Below are positions 11,739 to 23,194 of a DNA stretch of 64,000 bases, piece by piece. The first letter of the stretch is position 1; each line of letters opens with the position of its first letter. The translations under genes were made by a program, and so were the position numbers. The notes under the pieces are model-generated. The model was given only the letters and a program-made list of their open reading frames with translations, made no database searches and had not been told where the DNA came from. Origin of the DNA: an uncultured Oscillospiraceae bacterium (GTDB lineage: Bacteria > Bacillota > Clostridia > Christensenellales > CAG-314); NCBI GenBank assembly GCA_964607155.1, contig CAZSIF010000007.1:21808-85807 (forward strand). The letters run 5' to 3'.

Positions 11739-12448
11739 AATATTGCAAAAAATGCGGTGTTAACGTCCACCACCAACAAACTAACTGTCCGCTGTGCGGC
11801 GGCTATTTGGACGAAATAAACGACAACGACAACTGCGCCGTGTACGCCAATCAAGATGAGATTGTTGCATATCCCATACTGAAAGAGAACGCAAAGCAGC
11901 CATTTTTTAAGTATAAGTTCAACAAAATTTTGATTGTGCTTGCGGTGATTTCCGTTGCGCTGAACTTGCTTTTGACGCCCGATTTGCACTGGGCATACTA
12001 CGTTGCGTGCAGCGTGGTTTGCGCCATCTTTGCCGTGATGACGCCCATAAACAACAAGCAAAAACTGACCAAAATTTTGCGAGAGGAACTTTTTTGGGCA
12101 ACCGTTTTTGCCGTGGCGTTGGAGTTGGGCATTTGCAACTGGTCGTATGCGTGGTTTACCGCAGAGTACATCTTGCCGTGGCTGTACGCGTCGGCGATTG
12201 TTACGCTGGACTTTTTGCTGATTTTTAGGCGGCACAACAACAGACAGCTGTTTTCGTCGCTGATTATTGCAAGCCTGTACGCAGTTACGCCGCAAATTCT
12301 GTTTTGGATATCTCCGCTGTGGGACGTGCATTGCAAAACGCTTATAACATTTGTGGTATTTTTTGCGGCAATTTGCAACGTTTTGGTGTTCGGAATTGTG
12401 TGCAGCCGCACTTTTAAAGAGGAAATGGAACGCAATTTGAGTATTTAA
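11735..12448 (+). CDS. zinc-ribbon membrane protein (DUF6320-like)
   Basis: MKYCKKC...CPLCG, then about 6 TM helices; ATGA overlap with the upstream acyltransferase. Confidence 0.7.
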   Translation: MKYCKKCGVNVHHQQTNCPLCGGYLDEINDNDNCAVYANQDEIVAYPILKENAKQPFFKYKFNKILIVLAVISVALNLLLTPDLHWAYYVACSVVCAIFAVMTPINNKQKLTKILREELFWATVFAVALELGICNWSYAWFTAEYILPWLYASAIVTLDFLLIFRRHNNRQLFSSLIIASLYAVTPQILFWISPLWDVHCKTLITFVVFFAAICNVLVFGIVCSRTFKEEMERNLSI

Positions 12449-12643
12449 CGGGCAGGCGCACCGCTATGAGTTTGGGGCGAGAAAGCCGACTAACATGGTT
12501 TTGGGACATGCCAAGACTGACCACTATCGGCTTTACAACGAGCCAAAGAAGCAAAACTTTGCTGGTGTTGAAAGGGGCTATGTCAAACCGCTATGGGTTG
12601 ACAAGAAAAAGACCAATGAAAAAAAAATTGAAAAAACACGACG

Positions 12644-12673
12644 AAAGGACTAACACGACGTTAGTCCTTTTTT
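12644..12673 (+). terminator. intrinsic terminator
   Basis: AAAGGACTAAC-acgac-GTTAGTCCTTTTTT. Confidence 0.7.
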
Positions 12674-12694
12674 AATATGGATACCGTAATTGCA

Positions 12695-13283
12695 ACAATC
12701 CCTCCGTCACAGCAAGCTGCGACACCTCCCTTTACACAAGGGAGGCTTGAATTGCGGATAATGCGGCAGAAGTAAGTTCACTTGCACAAGGGAGGCTTTT
12801 GTTGCGTTTGCCAAACAAAATGAATATCAACAATTACGATTACAAAAACCGCCCCGATGTCATTCTGAGCGGAGCGTAAGCGAAGTCGAACTGCGTAGCA
12901 GTGCGAGGCATGTGCCGAAGCAGAATCTAAGGGCGAGAATTGATTTCGTTAATTGCAACAATCCCTCAGGCGGCTTCGCCACCAGCTCCCTTTACACAAG
13001 GGAGCCTTTCTTGCGGATATGCGTTATTTGTTTGGTTAGTGGCAATATGTAGTAGATCCCGATGCTTCGCATCGCCCTACGGGTTCGACTGCGTGCTACG
13101 CACTTCGCTCAGGATGACACTGCATAATATATCATTGCCAATTAATGATAATATAGAAGTACAAATTTTATAAAGTTAAAAAGGCGTAAATTCCGATACG
13201 CACTACGCTCAGGATGACACATAACAATGCGGACACCTTTAATTTAACAGTCCCCCAATAAAACGCCATTTGCACAAGGGAGT
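12695..13283 (+). repeat. composite repeat cluster (C, A-C-B, partial copies)
   Basis: same modules as 1143-1548. Confidence 0.9.
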
Positions 13284-13473
13284 TTTTTTGAGCGAGCAAA
13301 TAAATTGACGAAAAATATACAATAGATATCGATGCTTACACAATCAACCTACGGCATAAAATAACAGTTTTAACTTTGTCGCAAAAATCATGCGAATTTG
13401 ACTGTTACTGTAAATTTTGCAGGTACACCGCTTGGCTAACCTTTTGCTTACAATGCGTTGCAACATATGTACG

Positions 13474-13821
13474 CTACGCAAAAAAGCCAAGACTGATAAG
13501 CAATGCGTCGTTGATTTGCCGCATTATATCTTCCGGAACTTCGCCGATTTTTTCCTTGATACGGCTTTTATCTATCGTGCGGATTTGCTCCAACAGCACC
13601 ACGGAATCCTTGGGCAAGGGCGTTGTGGCGTGCGGCAACTCGATGTGCGTGGGCAGCTTGGCTTTTGAAAGTCGGCTTGTGGTTGCCGCGGCAATTACCG
13701 TTGGACTGTATTTGTTGCCAACATCATTTTGCAAAACGAGCACCGGACGTATGCCGCCTTGCTCGCTGCCAATTACCGGATTAAGGTCGGCGTAATACAG
13801 CTCGCCACGATGTATCGTCAT
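13474..13821 (-). CDS. mazF: MazF/PemK family endoribonuclease toxin (NdoA-like)
   Basis: [37 protein letters not shown]...[12 protein letters not shown]; GGGAGG RBS before the ATG at 13821. Confidence 0.92.
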   Translation of the reverse strand: MTIHRGELYYADLNPVIGSEQGGIRPVLVLQNDVGNKYSPTVIAAATTSRLSKAKLPTHIELPHATTPLPKDSVVLLEQIRTIDKSRIKEKIGEVPEDIMRQINDALLISLGFFA

Positions 13822-14157
13822 ATGCGCCACCCTCCCTTACAAAACCGTCACACAAGCTCTACAACTTGCCGAACCTTTATATTTTATTTTATGTATGTCC
13901 GCCGCTTTTTGTAACCTTGCCATACAACAATTCTTGCCACGATACGTCTGTTTTATTCACAATGCAAATTTATATTTTTTAGGGGCGTTTGCAGTAAACT
14001 ATGTCTGCAATAATATTCTACAAAATACGATTTTTTAGCATACATTGTTGCTTTTATGTTATGTTTTATCAATTATCGCGTTTCACAACAAACATCGCCC
14101 CCACTTTTTATAGCAAACAAAAAAACAATATATCGAACGACATACGCTAACCGACCG

Positions 14158-14770
14158 ATGTCATTTCTTAATCCAACTTGCAACATGGACAATGACGTAT
14201 AGATCCCGATGCTAACGCATCGCCCTACGGGTTCGACTGCGGAAGCAAGCACTACTCCGCCCGATGTCATTCTGAGCGGAGCATAAGCGAAATCGAACTG
14301 CGCAGCAGTGCGAGGCGTATGCCGAAGCAGAATCTAAGGGGCGGGAATTGATTTCGTTAATTTTAACAATCCCTCAGGCGGCTACGCCACCAGCTCCCTT
14401 TACACAAGGGAGCCTTTCCTTTTAGCAATTCAACAGCTTATTGAAAGCATATAGTAGATCCCGATGCTTTGCATCGCCCTACGGGTTCGACTGCGTGCTT
14501 GCGCACTTCGCTCAGGATGACACGGAACCGTGTGCACTGCTTTTTGACGAAGTAATTGTGGTTATAGTTAATTACATTTTTATGAATATTTGCCTTGCCA
14601 CTTACGATGACACACAACAATGCGGTCACACCACCTTTAATGTAACAATCCCTCCGTCACGACAAGTCGTGCCAGTTGCCTAAGGGCAACCCGGTCGCAG
14701 ATGACAGTCCACTGGACTGTCATTCATTACTGCGACTGCGCTTCGCTTACCCTTTACACAAGGGAGGCTT
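14158..14770 (+). repeat. composite repeat cluster (partial B, A-C-B, interrupted C)
   Basis: same modules; the last C carries a ~75-bp insertion. Confidence 0.9.
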
Positions 14771-14880
14771 TTATGTCGTTTGCCAAACAAAAAAAGGTTG
14801 TGTTTATGGCGCGGTTAAACAATACGTTTACGTTGCCGAAAAACACAACCTTTTTAATTATTCCATTAACATCACACCGT

Positions 14881-17499
14881 TTACGCATTAAGCTCGGCAA
14901 GGCGGGCGTCGAGTTGAGCTTTTAGCTCCTCGAATTTGGCAAGCTTTGCCTTTTCCGCATCGATAAGTTTTTGCGGAGCTTTTGCAACAAAGCCCTGATT
15001 GGACAGTTTGCCTTGCGCACGAGCAATTTCGTTTTGAACGTTTTCCAGCTCCTTGCTTACACGCTCGATTTCCTTTGCGGTATCCACAAGGTCGCCGAGC
15101 GGAACTTGACAGCTTGCCGCAACGCTAACGGCTTTAACCGTCTTTTCGCCCTGCGGAGCCGTGCCGAACACAACTTCCTCTACGCCGCAAAGCTTGGTCA
15201 GATACACGTCGCAACTGCGAATGCGGTCATCGGTTGCCTGCACATACAGACGAATACGCTTTGAGGGCGCAACGCCGTACTCCGAGCGAATATTGCGCAC
15301 CTTGCCGATAAGGTCTTTTAGCTCTTCCATAAGTTTGGCGTCATCGGCAAAATCCAACTCCGCTTGCGGCGTGGGATAAGTTTGCGTCATAATGCTTTCG
15401 CCATGGAAGGGCATTTCCTGATAGATTTTTTCCGTAATAAAGGGCACATACGGATGCAACAACTTCAAAATCTTATCCAACACATACGTCAAAACGGAAA
15501 GCGTATCGTTGCGAGCTTTGTCGTCCGCACCGTACAAAACGGGCTTTGTAAGCTCGATGTACCAATCGCAGAACTCGCTCCAAACAAAGTCGAACAGCAC
15601 CTGACACGCCAAGCCCAGCTCGAACTTTTCCATAAGGTCGGTAACCTGCGCCACAACGCCGTTAAGACGGGTTAAAATCCATCTATCCGCCAAAGTTAGG
15701 CTGCACGACGAGATATCCGACATGAGCTGTTTATCCTGACAGTTCATCAAAACAAAGCGGCTGGCGTTCCAAATCTTGTTCATAAAGTTGCGCGTTCCGT
15801 CGATTTTATCCGACGAGAACCTAATATCGCTGCCGTTAGCAACGCCGTTGAGCAATGCAAAACGCAATGTATCTGCGCCATATTTGTCGATAAATTCCAC
15901 GGGATCGATACCGTTGCCGAGCGATTTACTCATCTTGCGACCTTGCTCGTCACGCACGATGCCGTGCATCAAAACGTCCTTGAAGGGCACTTCGCCGGTG
16001 TTATACAGTGAACTGAAAATCATGCGGGCAACCCAGAAAAAGATGATATCGTATCCGCAGGACAGCACACTTGTGGGGAAAAACGCCTTGAAGTCGTCGC
16101 TATCGTTGAAGTAGCCCAAGGTGGAAAACGGCCACAAAGCACTGCTGAACCAAGTATCCAACACGTCCTCGTCTTGGTGGATATGCACGCTGCCGCACTT
16201 CGGGCAAACGGTCGGATCCGTTTCGTCGCAAATTTCCGCACCGCAATCGTCGCAATACCAAACGGGAATACGGTGCCCCCACCACAGCTGACGAGAAATA
16301 CACCAATCGCGGATGTTTTCCATCCAGTTGAAGTAGGTCTTTTCAAAGCGTTCGGGGTGGAATTTGATATCGCCGTTTTTAACAGCGTCGATAGCCGGTT
16401 TGGCAAGCGGCTCCATTTTGACAAACCACTGTTGCGAAACAATTGGTTCGACCGTGGTATGGCAACGGTAGCAACTGCCCACGTTGTGTTTGTGCGGCTC
16501 GACCTTTTGCAAAATGCCCATTTCTTTGAGCTTTGCCACGATTTGCTTGCGGCACTCGTAGCGGTCCAGTCCGGCAAACTCGCCTGCGTTTTCGTTCATG
16601 GTGCCGTCGTCGTTCATAACGCGGATAACGGGCAGGTTGTGTCTGCGACCGACTTCGAAGTCGTTGGGATCGTGTGCAGGGGTGATTTTTACAACGCCTG
16701 TGCCGAACTCCATATCAACGTATTCGTCGGCGATGACGGGGATTTCTCTGTTGACAAAGGGCACAACAACCGTTTTGCCCACCAAGTGAGTGTACCTTGC
16801 GTCGTTGGGGTTGACGGCAACGGCAGTATCGCCCAGCATTGTTTCCGGACGAGTGGTTGCAAAAGTTACCGTTGTTTTGCCGTCCGGCGTGGTATAGCCG
16901 TAATGCCAAAAGAAACCGTCTTGCTCGGCGTATTCCACTTCCGCATCGGATAGCGCGGTTTTACACACGGGGCACCAGTTGATGATGCGGTTGCCACGAT
17001 AGATAAGACCTTTTTTGTACATGGAAACAAAGGCTTTGCGCACGGCTTTGCTGCAATTTTCGTCCATGGTGAACGCCAAACGCGACCAGTCGCAGCTGCT
17101 GCCGAGCGATTTTAGCTGCTCGCAAATGCGACCGCCGTATTGCTCCTTCCACTGCCAAGCGCGCTCCAAAAAGCCCTCTCTGCCGAGGTCGCGCTTATCG
17201 ATACCTTCCTTTTTTAACGCTTCGACGATTTTGACTTCCGTTGCAATGCTTGCGTGGTCGGTGCCGGGTAGCCACAACGTGTTGAAACCTTGCATGCGCT
17301 TGAAGCGAATGAGCGAATCTTGAATAGCGTTATCCAAGCCGTGACCGAGGTGCAGTTGTCCCGTGATGTTGGGCGGCGGCGTTACCATGGAAAAATACGG
17401 CTTGCCGATTTCTGCCTTGGGCGTAAAATAGCCCTGATCCATCCACCAGTGGTACAGATCCTTTTCAAATAAATTTGGTTGATAGGTTTTTTCTAACAT
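14881..17499 (-). CDS. valS: valyl-tRNA synthetase
   Basis: PPPNITGQLHLGH, DWCISRQLWWGHRIP, KMSKS, C-terminal coiled coil. Confidence 0.97.
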   Translation of the reverse strand: MLEKTYQPNLFEKDLYHWWMDQGYFTPKAEIGKPYFSMVTPPPNITGQLHLGHGLDNAIQDSLIRFKRMQGFNTLWLPGTDHASIATEVKIVEALKKEGIDKRDLGREGFLERAWQWKEQYGGRICEQLKSLGSSCDWSRLAFTMDENCSKAVRKAFVSMYKKGLIYRGNRIINWCPVCKTALSDAEVEYAEQDGFFWHYGYTTPDGKTTVTFATTRPETMLGDTAVAVNPNDARYTHLVGKTVVVPFVNREIPVIADEYVDMEFGTGVVKITPAHDPNDFEVGRRHNLPVIRVMNDDGTMNENAGEFAGLDRYECRKQIVAKLKEMGILQKVEPHKHNVGSCYRCHTTVEPIVSQQWFVKMEPLAKPAIDAVKNGDIKFHPERFEKTYFNWMENIRDWCISRQLWWGHRIPVWYCDDCGAEICDETDPTVCPKCGSVHIHQDEDVLDTWFSSALWPFSTLGYFNDSDDFKAFFPTSVLSCGYDIIFFWVARMIFSSLYNTGEVPFKDVLMHGIVRDEQGRKMSKSLGNGIDPVEFIDKYGADTLRFALLNGVANGSDIRFSSDKIDGTRNFMNKIWNASRFVLMNCQDKQLMSDISSCSLTLADRWILTRLNGVVAQVTDLMEKFELGLACQVLFDFVWSEFCDWYIELTKPVLYGADDKARNDTLSVLTYVLDKILKLLHPYVPFITEKIYQEMPFHGESIMTQTYPTPQAELDFADDAKLMEELKDLIGKVRNIRSEYGVAPSKRIRLYVQATDDRIRSCDVYLTKLCGVEEVVFGTAPQGEKTVKAVSVAASCQVPLGDLVDTAKEIERVSKELENVQNEIARAQGKLSNQGFVAKAPQKLIDAEKAKLAKFEELKAQLDARLAELNA

Positions 17500-17559
17500 A
17501 AAAAATCTCCGATTTTTGATTTTTAATTTTATTGAGGGGGCGAACGATGAGCGGAAAAA

Positions 17560-17815
17560 TAAAAAACGCCCTAAGATTTTCGTAACGAAAAATCAAAGGG
17601 CGAAATAATCCGCTGTACCACCTTTGTTCACTGCGTGAGCAGCCTTGTTGTTGCCGATAACGAGGCAAGACGCCGCACGCTACTTTCGTAAAAACGCCGT
17701 TTCGCAATGCGGATACGACAAACTACATCGATTGATTTTCCTGCGGAATTTTCACCGTAGTCCGCTCTCTTTGAGGAAAATTGCTCGCTCGACCTTTTGC
17801 CGTCGGGATAAGCCC
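17560..17815 (-). promoter_or_regulatory. T-box riboswitch leader of valS (Val specifier)
   Basis: minus strand: AGAGA and GGTGAAA stem-I motifs, GTA (Val) specifier at ~17724-17726, T-box AAAGGTGGTACAGCG, terminator CGCCCT...AGGGCGTTTTTT. Confidence 0.88.
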
Positions 17816-18509
17816 GAACTAATTTTACGCTAAAATCAAGGGATAACGCCGCTAACCGCAGCACCGTGCTCGCACACAAGCTTGCTTTATCGGGCAGAGT
17901 GCCAACAACGAACCTGCACGAGCTTGGTTTATCGAGCAAGCCGCCGACGTTGTTTTATCGCGAAAAGTGCCAACGCAACACGCCACACAAACATTGTTGC
18001 AAGGTGGCTCCGATACGAAACGACCTACGCACGTCCTTTAGCGCAAAATGAAAACCTTGTAGGAAGGCACTGCCCGAGAGATAAATAAAAGGATGATGAA
18101 CGCATAAAACGAACGTTATGTTCGAGCAGTGCCATGCTACAAAGCCTATCATTATACTACCACACCGACGTTTTTTTTGCAAGCATTTGCAAGGGGTTTA
18201 TCGTTAATACGTCAAAAAACAACACAATTCTACTCGCCTCGACAAAACTCGACTTAATTCGACAAAAAAGCCTTTCAATTCGACAAAAAAAGGTGCAGAA
18301 TTCGACGTTTAGTGCCATACAAAAGCTATTATGTCTGCAATAGTATTATGCAAAAGCACGATTTCAAGAGTAATCGTCGGCATTGAGACAGAAAAACGCT
18401 CAAAAGTTTAGCCACGCACCGCCGTTTGGTTCGATAAAAACCATAATTTTGCGTACCAGACAAAGGTTTTCGATTGGGCAACGTCGGCAAGTGAAGCCAT
18501 TAAAAATCA

Positions 18510-19307
18510 TTATATCGAGCAATTAATAAAGGCTCTTGTTTGCGTAAGGGCTTCGATAATGCGCCGCAAATCATACTCCGTTGCGGCATCATCGATAAAC
18601 ATATCGGCAAAAAGCCTGTTCAAATTTTTCTCGAAATCGACGGGCAGACAGTCGCAATGCGACAGGGCGTAGCCCACCATGCGCTTTTCGCCGGGGTGAG
18701 TTAGCTTGTTCATGGCAAAAATGATATCGAAATAGCTTTCCAAAAATGCAGCCACGCGATGGTTTACGCTGACCAAATCTCCGCGCGACAGGGCTTTTTT
18801 GATTTGCCCATCGTAGGAAGGAAGGTTATTTGTTAGCAATCTGAAATTTTGTCGCACGATGTTTTGCGCAAGCTCCTGCGGATAGGGCACATCAAAGCGT
18901 TGCTGTGCTGCCGCAAGCCTGCCGTTTTTATCCAGCAGAATTTTGCAATTTATCAGGTTGTGCCACATGCAGGTTGTGTATCCGTTGTGAGCGCAATGCC
19001 CCTCAACCACCGACGCGACATCAGCTGTAAAACCGTCCAAATTGCGGTACAAAATGTCGATATCAACGCCGTCCTTAAAGGTGCAATCGTCCTCCAACTC
19101 CCAAAAGCTGTTGCCCAGCTCGATATACGAGCAGTACTTTTCCAAAATCGCCCTGCGAACTTCGCTTTGGGGCACTGACGTGCAATAAACGTACAAGTCG
19201 AAATCGGATTTTTCGTCGAAGTCGCTGCCGGCACGAGAACCGCCCAAGGCAAGCGCCTCAACTTGCGACAAGTCTGCCAACTCGTTACAAAGCTCCGCGA
19301 ATAGCAT
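18510..19307 (-). CDS. nucleotidyltransferase-domain protein (DUF4037-like)
   Basis: LGGSRAG...SDFDLYVY (GS-x10-DxD) NTase motif; HPGEKR; GGAGG RBS before the ATG at 19307. Confidence 0.8.
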   Translation of the reverse strand: MLFAELCNELADLSQVEALALGGSRAGSDFDEKSDFDLYVYCTSVPQSEVRRAILEKYCSYIELGNSFWELEDDCTFKDGVDIDILYRNLDGFTADVASVVEGHCAHNGYTTCMWHNLINCKILLDKNGRLAAAQQRFDVPYPQELAQNIVRQNFRLLTNNLPSYDGQIKKALSRGDLVSVNHRVAAFLESYFDIIFAMNKLTHPGEKRMVGYALSHCDCLPVDFEKNLNRLFADMFIDDAATEYDLRRIIEALTQTRAFINCSI

Positions 19308-19754
19308 AAGTGCCTCCCAAGTTTTTTTGAAATGTACCCAAAAGTTAGAAAAATCACTCGCTAAAAATTGTTTTCTATTCAACCTTTGGGCTTCGCATTA
19401 TTTTTGAAAAATCGACTTTATTATAACATTGAAACGTAACAAAATTTATAATTTTGTTGCAACTGTCGTTGCTTTGCGTCTTGCTGTCGCAATCCGCCGT
19501 TTTCGTTGAAATAGGGCGCTCAAAAACCCTTGCAAGCAAGTTTTTTCGCTTATATTATAATACTTTCTGTCAACAAAATCAATGATATTATGTAATTTTC
19601 TTGGACTTTTTTGAAGCCTGCCGCCAAATCGGTGAAAACGAGAATGACATATGTACCCTTTTTGTATATACTTATGCGCGGCAAGCGAACGGGTGATGTT
19701 CCGCCTTGATGTATCAAAAATTTCTTTATAATTTCGAGGACAATTCCGCCCCTA

Positions 19755-20279
19755 TGTCATTCTGTTCCACAGGCTACTACGTTAGCAAAAATATATAAGT
19801 ATTTTTATAAAGCCAACAATGTTTCTTGCACCACCGCCCCCCCATGTCATTCTGAGCGGAGCGCAGCGAAGTCGAACTGCGTAGCAGTGCAAGGTGTGAG
19901 CCGAAGCAGAATCTGGGGGGGGTGAAAATTGATTACGTTAATAGAACAATCCCTCCGTCGCAGCACGGCTGCGCCACCTCCCTTTACACAAGGGAGGCTT
20001 GAATTGCGGATATGCGGCGGGAGCAAGCCCCCCCCTACGGTTAATGGTTGCGTATGTGACGATAGGAAAGATTGGTGGCAATAAGAAATATATTTTTGCG
20101 TGATTATTAGTAGATCCCGATGCTTGCGCATCGCCCTACGGGTTCGACTGCGTGCTATCGCACTCCGCTCAGGATGACACGGTATAATATCATTAACTAT
20201 TAAAAATAGTATGCAAAAATAAGTTGTATTCAGTTAGTATGACGTAAATGCCGCTACGCACTACACTCACGATGACACA
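19755..20279 (+). repeat. composite repeat cluster (A-C-D-B)
   Basis: includes D = GCGGCGGGAGCAAGCCC..CCCTAC (reverse complement of a GTAGGG-type REP). Confidence 0.9.
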
Positions 20280-20536
20280 AAAAGCGTAACATTTTTTTGC
20301 GTTGCAAAATAGTATGCAATATAAACATTGGCAGACAATTTACAAACATTCCGTTCCGCCGCATGCACAAACTCGACAACACAAATAAACATCTTATCGG
20401 AAATTCGTAATACGCAAGGCACGCCACCAACCTTTACGAGATAGCAAATTAGCCAAACGCTACAGCAATATATTGCACACAACTATACAAAAACAAACGC
20501 CAAAAATATAAAAACAAAAAAATTGGAGGATAAATC

Positions 20537-21529
20537 TTGACACACACGCTTACCAAAACACGTTGCATATGCTTGCTGATTTGCCTACTTTTGGCGGTTA
20601 GCGGTTGCCTTATCTGCTGCAAAAACGACGGCAACAACGTCATCCGCCTCACCGAAGTTACGCACAGCCTGTTTTACACGCCGCAATACCTTGCAATGGC
20701 GTTGGGCTACTTTGAGGACGAGGGGCTTTCCGTTGAAATATCCAACGGAAGCGGCGCCGATAACGTTATGACGGCGTTACTCACAGGCGAAGCCGATATC
20801 GGGCTTATGGGCTGCGAGGCTAACATTTACGTTTATCTGCAAGGCAAAAAGGATTACCCCAAGGTTATCGCACAGCTAACCAAGCGCGACGGAAGTTTTT
20901 TGGTCGGACGAACAAAAGAGGATAATTTTGACTACTCTACGCTACAAAACACAACAATTTTGATGGGGCGAACGGGCGGAATGCCTGCAATGATACTGCA
21001 ATACGTTTTGAACAACAAAGGATACGTTAACGGACAAAACATCAAAATGGACTACACCATTCAATTTGGCGCGTTGGGCGCGGCATTCACGGGCGGCACA
21101 GGGGATTATGTTCCCTTATTCGAGCCAGCCGCAAGCCAGCTGGAAAGTGAGGGCAAAGGGTACATTGTTTCGGCAATAGGCATGGACAGCGGCGAAATTC
21201 CCTACACTTGTTACACCGCAACGGAAAAATTCCTATCGCAAAACGGCGAAAAAGCCAAGGCGTTTATCCGTGCCGTATGGCGTGGCGCGGAATATGCCAC
21301 TACGCACTCGCCCGACGACATTGCAAGGCTGGTTGCGCCGTATTTTGAGGGAACAAGCCTTGAACTGTTGACAAAATCCGTTGCCAACTACCAGAAATAC
21401 GACGTGTGGACGTCCACGCCGCGCGTGAACGAGAGTGCTTTTAGCCGCATACAGGACATTATGCAAAATGCAGGGCAGCTTTCTCGCAGGGTGGACTACA
21501 ACGACATTGTGGATAACAGCTATATTTAG
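20537..21529 (+). CDS. ABC transporter substrate-binding protein, NitT/TauT (SsuA/Thi5-like) family
   Basis: signal/lipobox-like N-terminus, EVTHSLFYTPQYLA, GYFEDEGL, GGMP, LFEP. Confidence 0.85.
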   Translation: MTHTLTKTRCICLLICLLLAVSGCLICCKNDGNNVIRLTEVTHSLFYTPQYLAMALGYFEDEGLSVEISNGSGADNVMTALLTGEADIGLMGCEANIYVYLQGKKDYPKVIAQLTKRDGSFLVGRTKEDNFDYSTLQNTTILMGRTGGMPAMILQYVLNNKGYVNGQNIKMDYTIQFGALGAAFTGGTGDYVPLFEPAASQLESEGKGYIVSAIGMDSGEIPYTCYTATEKFLSQNGEKAKAFIRAVWRGAEYATTHSPDDIARLVAPYFEGTSLELLTKSVANYQKYDVWTSTPRVNESAFSRIQDIMQNAGQLSRRVDYNDIVDNSYI

Positions 21530-21574
21530 CAACGTACCCCACCGCAACAACAAATAAACGTAAAGGAAAAGCCA

Positions 21575-22333
21575 ATGCCTGTACTCAAATTCCATAACGT
21601 AAGCAAAATATTTTACACGCCGCGGCAAGAAACCGTTGCGCTATCGCACCTCTCATTTGAGGTTAACGAAGGCGAATTTGTGGCGTTACTTGGTCCGAGC
21701 GGCTGCGGAAAAACCACCATACTATCCCTCGTTTGCGGACTGATACAGCCAACGCACGGCAAAATCGAACTGGAAAAGGGCGCAGTCGGATACATGTTGC
21801 AACGCGACCAACTGTTTGAATGGCGCACCATTCTACGCAACGTAACGCTCGGATTGGAAATTCAACGCAAAAAATCCGCCGAAGCCCTTGCCAATGCCGA
21901 GCGACTACTAAAAAAATACGGCTTGTGGGAGTTTAGGTCGCACTATCCGCAGCAACTATCCGGCGGAATGCGACAGCGTGCGGCGTTAATACGCACGTTG
22001 GCAACCAACCCAAAGTTGCTTTTGTTAGACGAGCCGTTTTCCGCATTGGATTTTCAAACTCGGCTTGCCGTTTGCGACGACGTTTACCGCATAATCCGCA
22101 CCGAACGCAAAACGGCATTGCTCGTTACGCACGACATATCCGAGGCAATAAGCTTAGCCGATAGAATAATTGTGCTAACCGCACGCCCTGCAACCGTGCT
22201 TGAAACCGTCGAAACGGGGCTTGGCGACATCGACACACCACTACAACGTAGAGCGTCGACAAAATTTGCCGCCAAGTTTGAGTATCTACGCAGACTATTA
22301 GAACAAGCCAATGCCGCAAAAGAGGACACTTAA
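21575..22333 (+). CDS. ABC transporter ATP-binding protein
   Basis: Walker A GPSGCGKT, signature LSGGMRQR, Walker B LLLDEPFSALD. Confidence 0.92.
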   Translation: MPVLKFHNVSKIFYTPRQETVALSHLSFEVNEGEFVALLGPSGCGKTTILSLVCGLIQPTHGKIELEKGAVGYMLQRDQLFEWRTILRNVTLGLEIQRKKSAEALANAERLLKKYGLWEFRSHYPQQLSGGMRQRAALIRTLATNPKLLLLDEPFSALDFQTRLAVCDDVYRIIRTERKTALLVTHDISEAISLADRIIVLTARPATVLETVETGLGDIDTPLQRRASTKFAAKFEYLRRLLEQANAAKEDT

Positions 22334-22348
22334 TACACGGAGAACGCA

Positions 22349-23146
22349 ATGAAACCTACGTCGCCCATGCACCAAAAATATCTATCACGGCTGAAAAAGC
22401 ACAAATTTTTTACGCACCTTGCTCGAATAGGCGCGCTTATTGCGCTGCTTGCTTTGTGGGAAGTTGCCGCACGCCTTGACTGGATAGATAGCTTTATTAT
22501 GTCATCGCCCACACGCATTTGCACCACCTTTATCGAGCTGCTGGAAAACGGCACATTGCTGCGGCACGCTTGGGTTTCCACATGGGAAACGCTCTGCGGA
22601 TTTGCGCTTGGCACGGCGTTTGGATACATTGCGGCTGTTGTGCTGTGGGCAAACAATTTTTTGCGTGAAGTGTGCGAGCCGTACCTTGTGGTGCTTAACA
22701 GTCTGCCCAAAATTGCGCTTGGACCGATAATTATCATTTGGATGGGCACGGGCAAGGCGTCGATAATCACCATGGCTGTGCTGATATCCGTTGTGATAAC
22801 CACCATCACCACGCTGAACGGCTTTTTGGCAAGCGATGCCGATAAGGCGTTGCTGTTGCGTTCGTTGGGAGCAAACAAGGCGCAGATATTTTTTTATCTG
22901 GTTGCGCCCTGCAACGTGCCGACGCTGATGTCCACGCTGAAAATAAACGTCGGCATGGCGTGGATAGGCTCGATTATGGGGGAATATCTTGTTTCCAAGG
23001 AGGGCTTGGGGTATCTGCTGGTTTACGGAAGCCAAGTTTTCAGGCTCGACCTCGTGATGACCTGCACCATTACGCTGTGTGCCCTTGCCGGTGTGATGTA
23101 CGCAATTGTTGCCCTTGCTGAAAAAATTGTTACAAAAAAATTTTGA
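22349..23146 (+). CDS. ABC transporter permease, NitT/TauT family
   Basis: TM helices, LPKIALGP, LRSLGA, GEYLVSKEGLG. Confidence 0.88.
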   Translation: MKPTSPMHQKYLSRLKKHKFFTHLARIGALIALLALWEVAARLDWIDSFIMSSPTRICTTFIELLENGTLLRHAWVSTWETLCGFALGTAFGYIAAVVLWANNFLREVCEPYLVVLNSLPKIALGPIIIIWMGTGKASIITMAVLISVVITTITTLNGFLASDADKALLLRSLGANKAQIFFYLVAPCNVPTLMSTLKINVGMAWIGSIMGEYLVSKEGLGYLLVYGSQVFRLDLVMTCTITLCALAGVMYAIVALAEKIVTKKF

Positions 23147-23194
23147 TATGATAAAAAGGGTGGCAGGGGGGCATATGGACGAAGGGGGTAATAG

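Noticed and set aside
18111-18123. LexA box upstream of valS
   Set aside because: GAAC-N5-GTTC has the wrong spacing and lies within a predicted RNA hairpin loop
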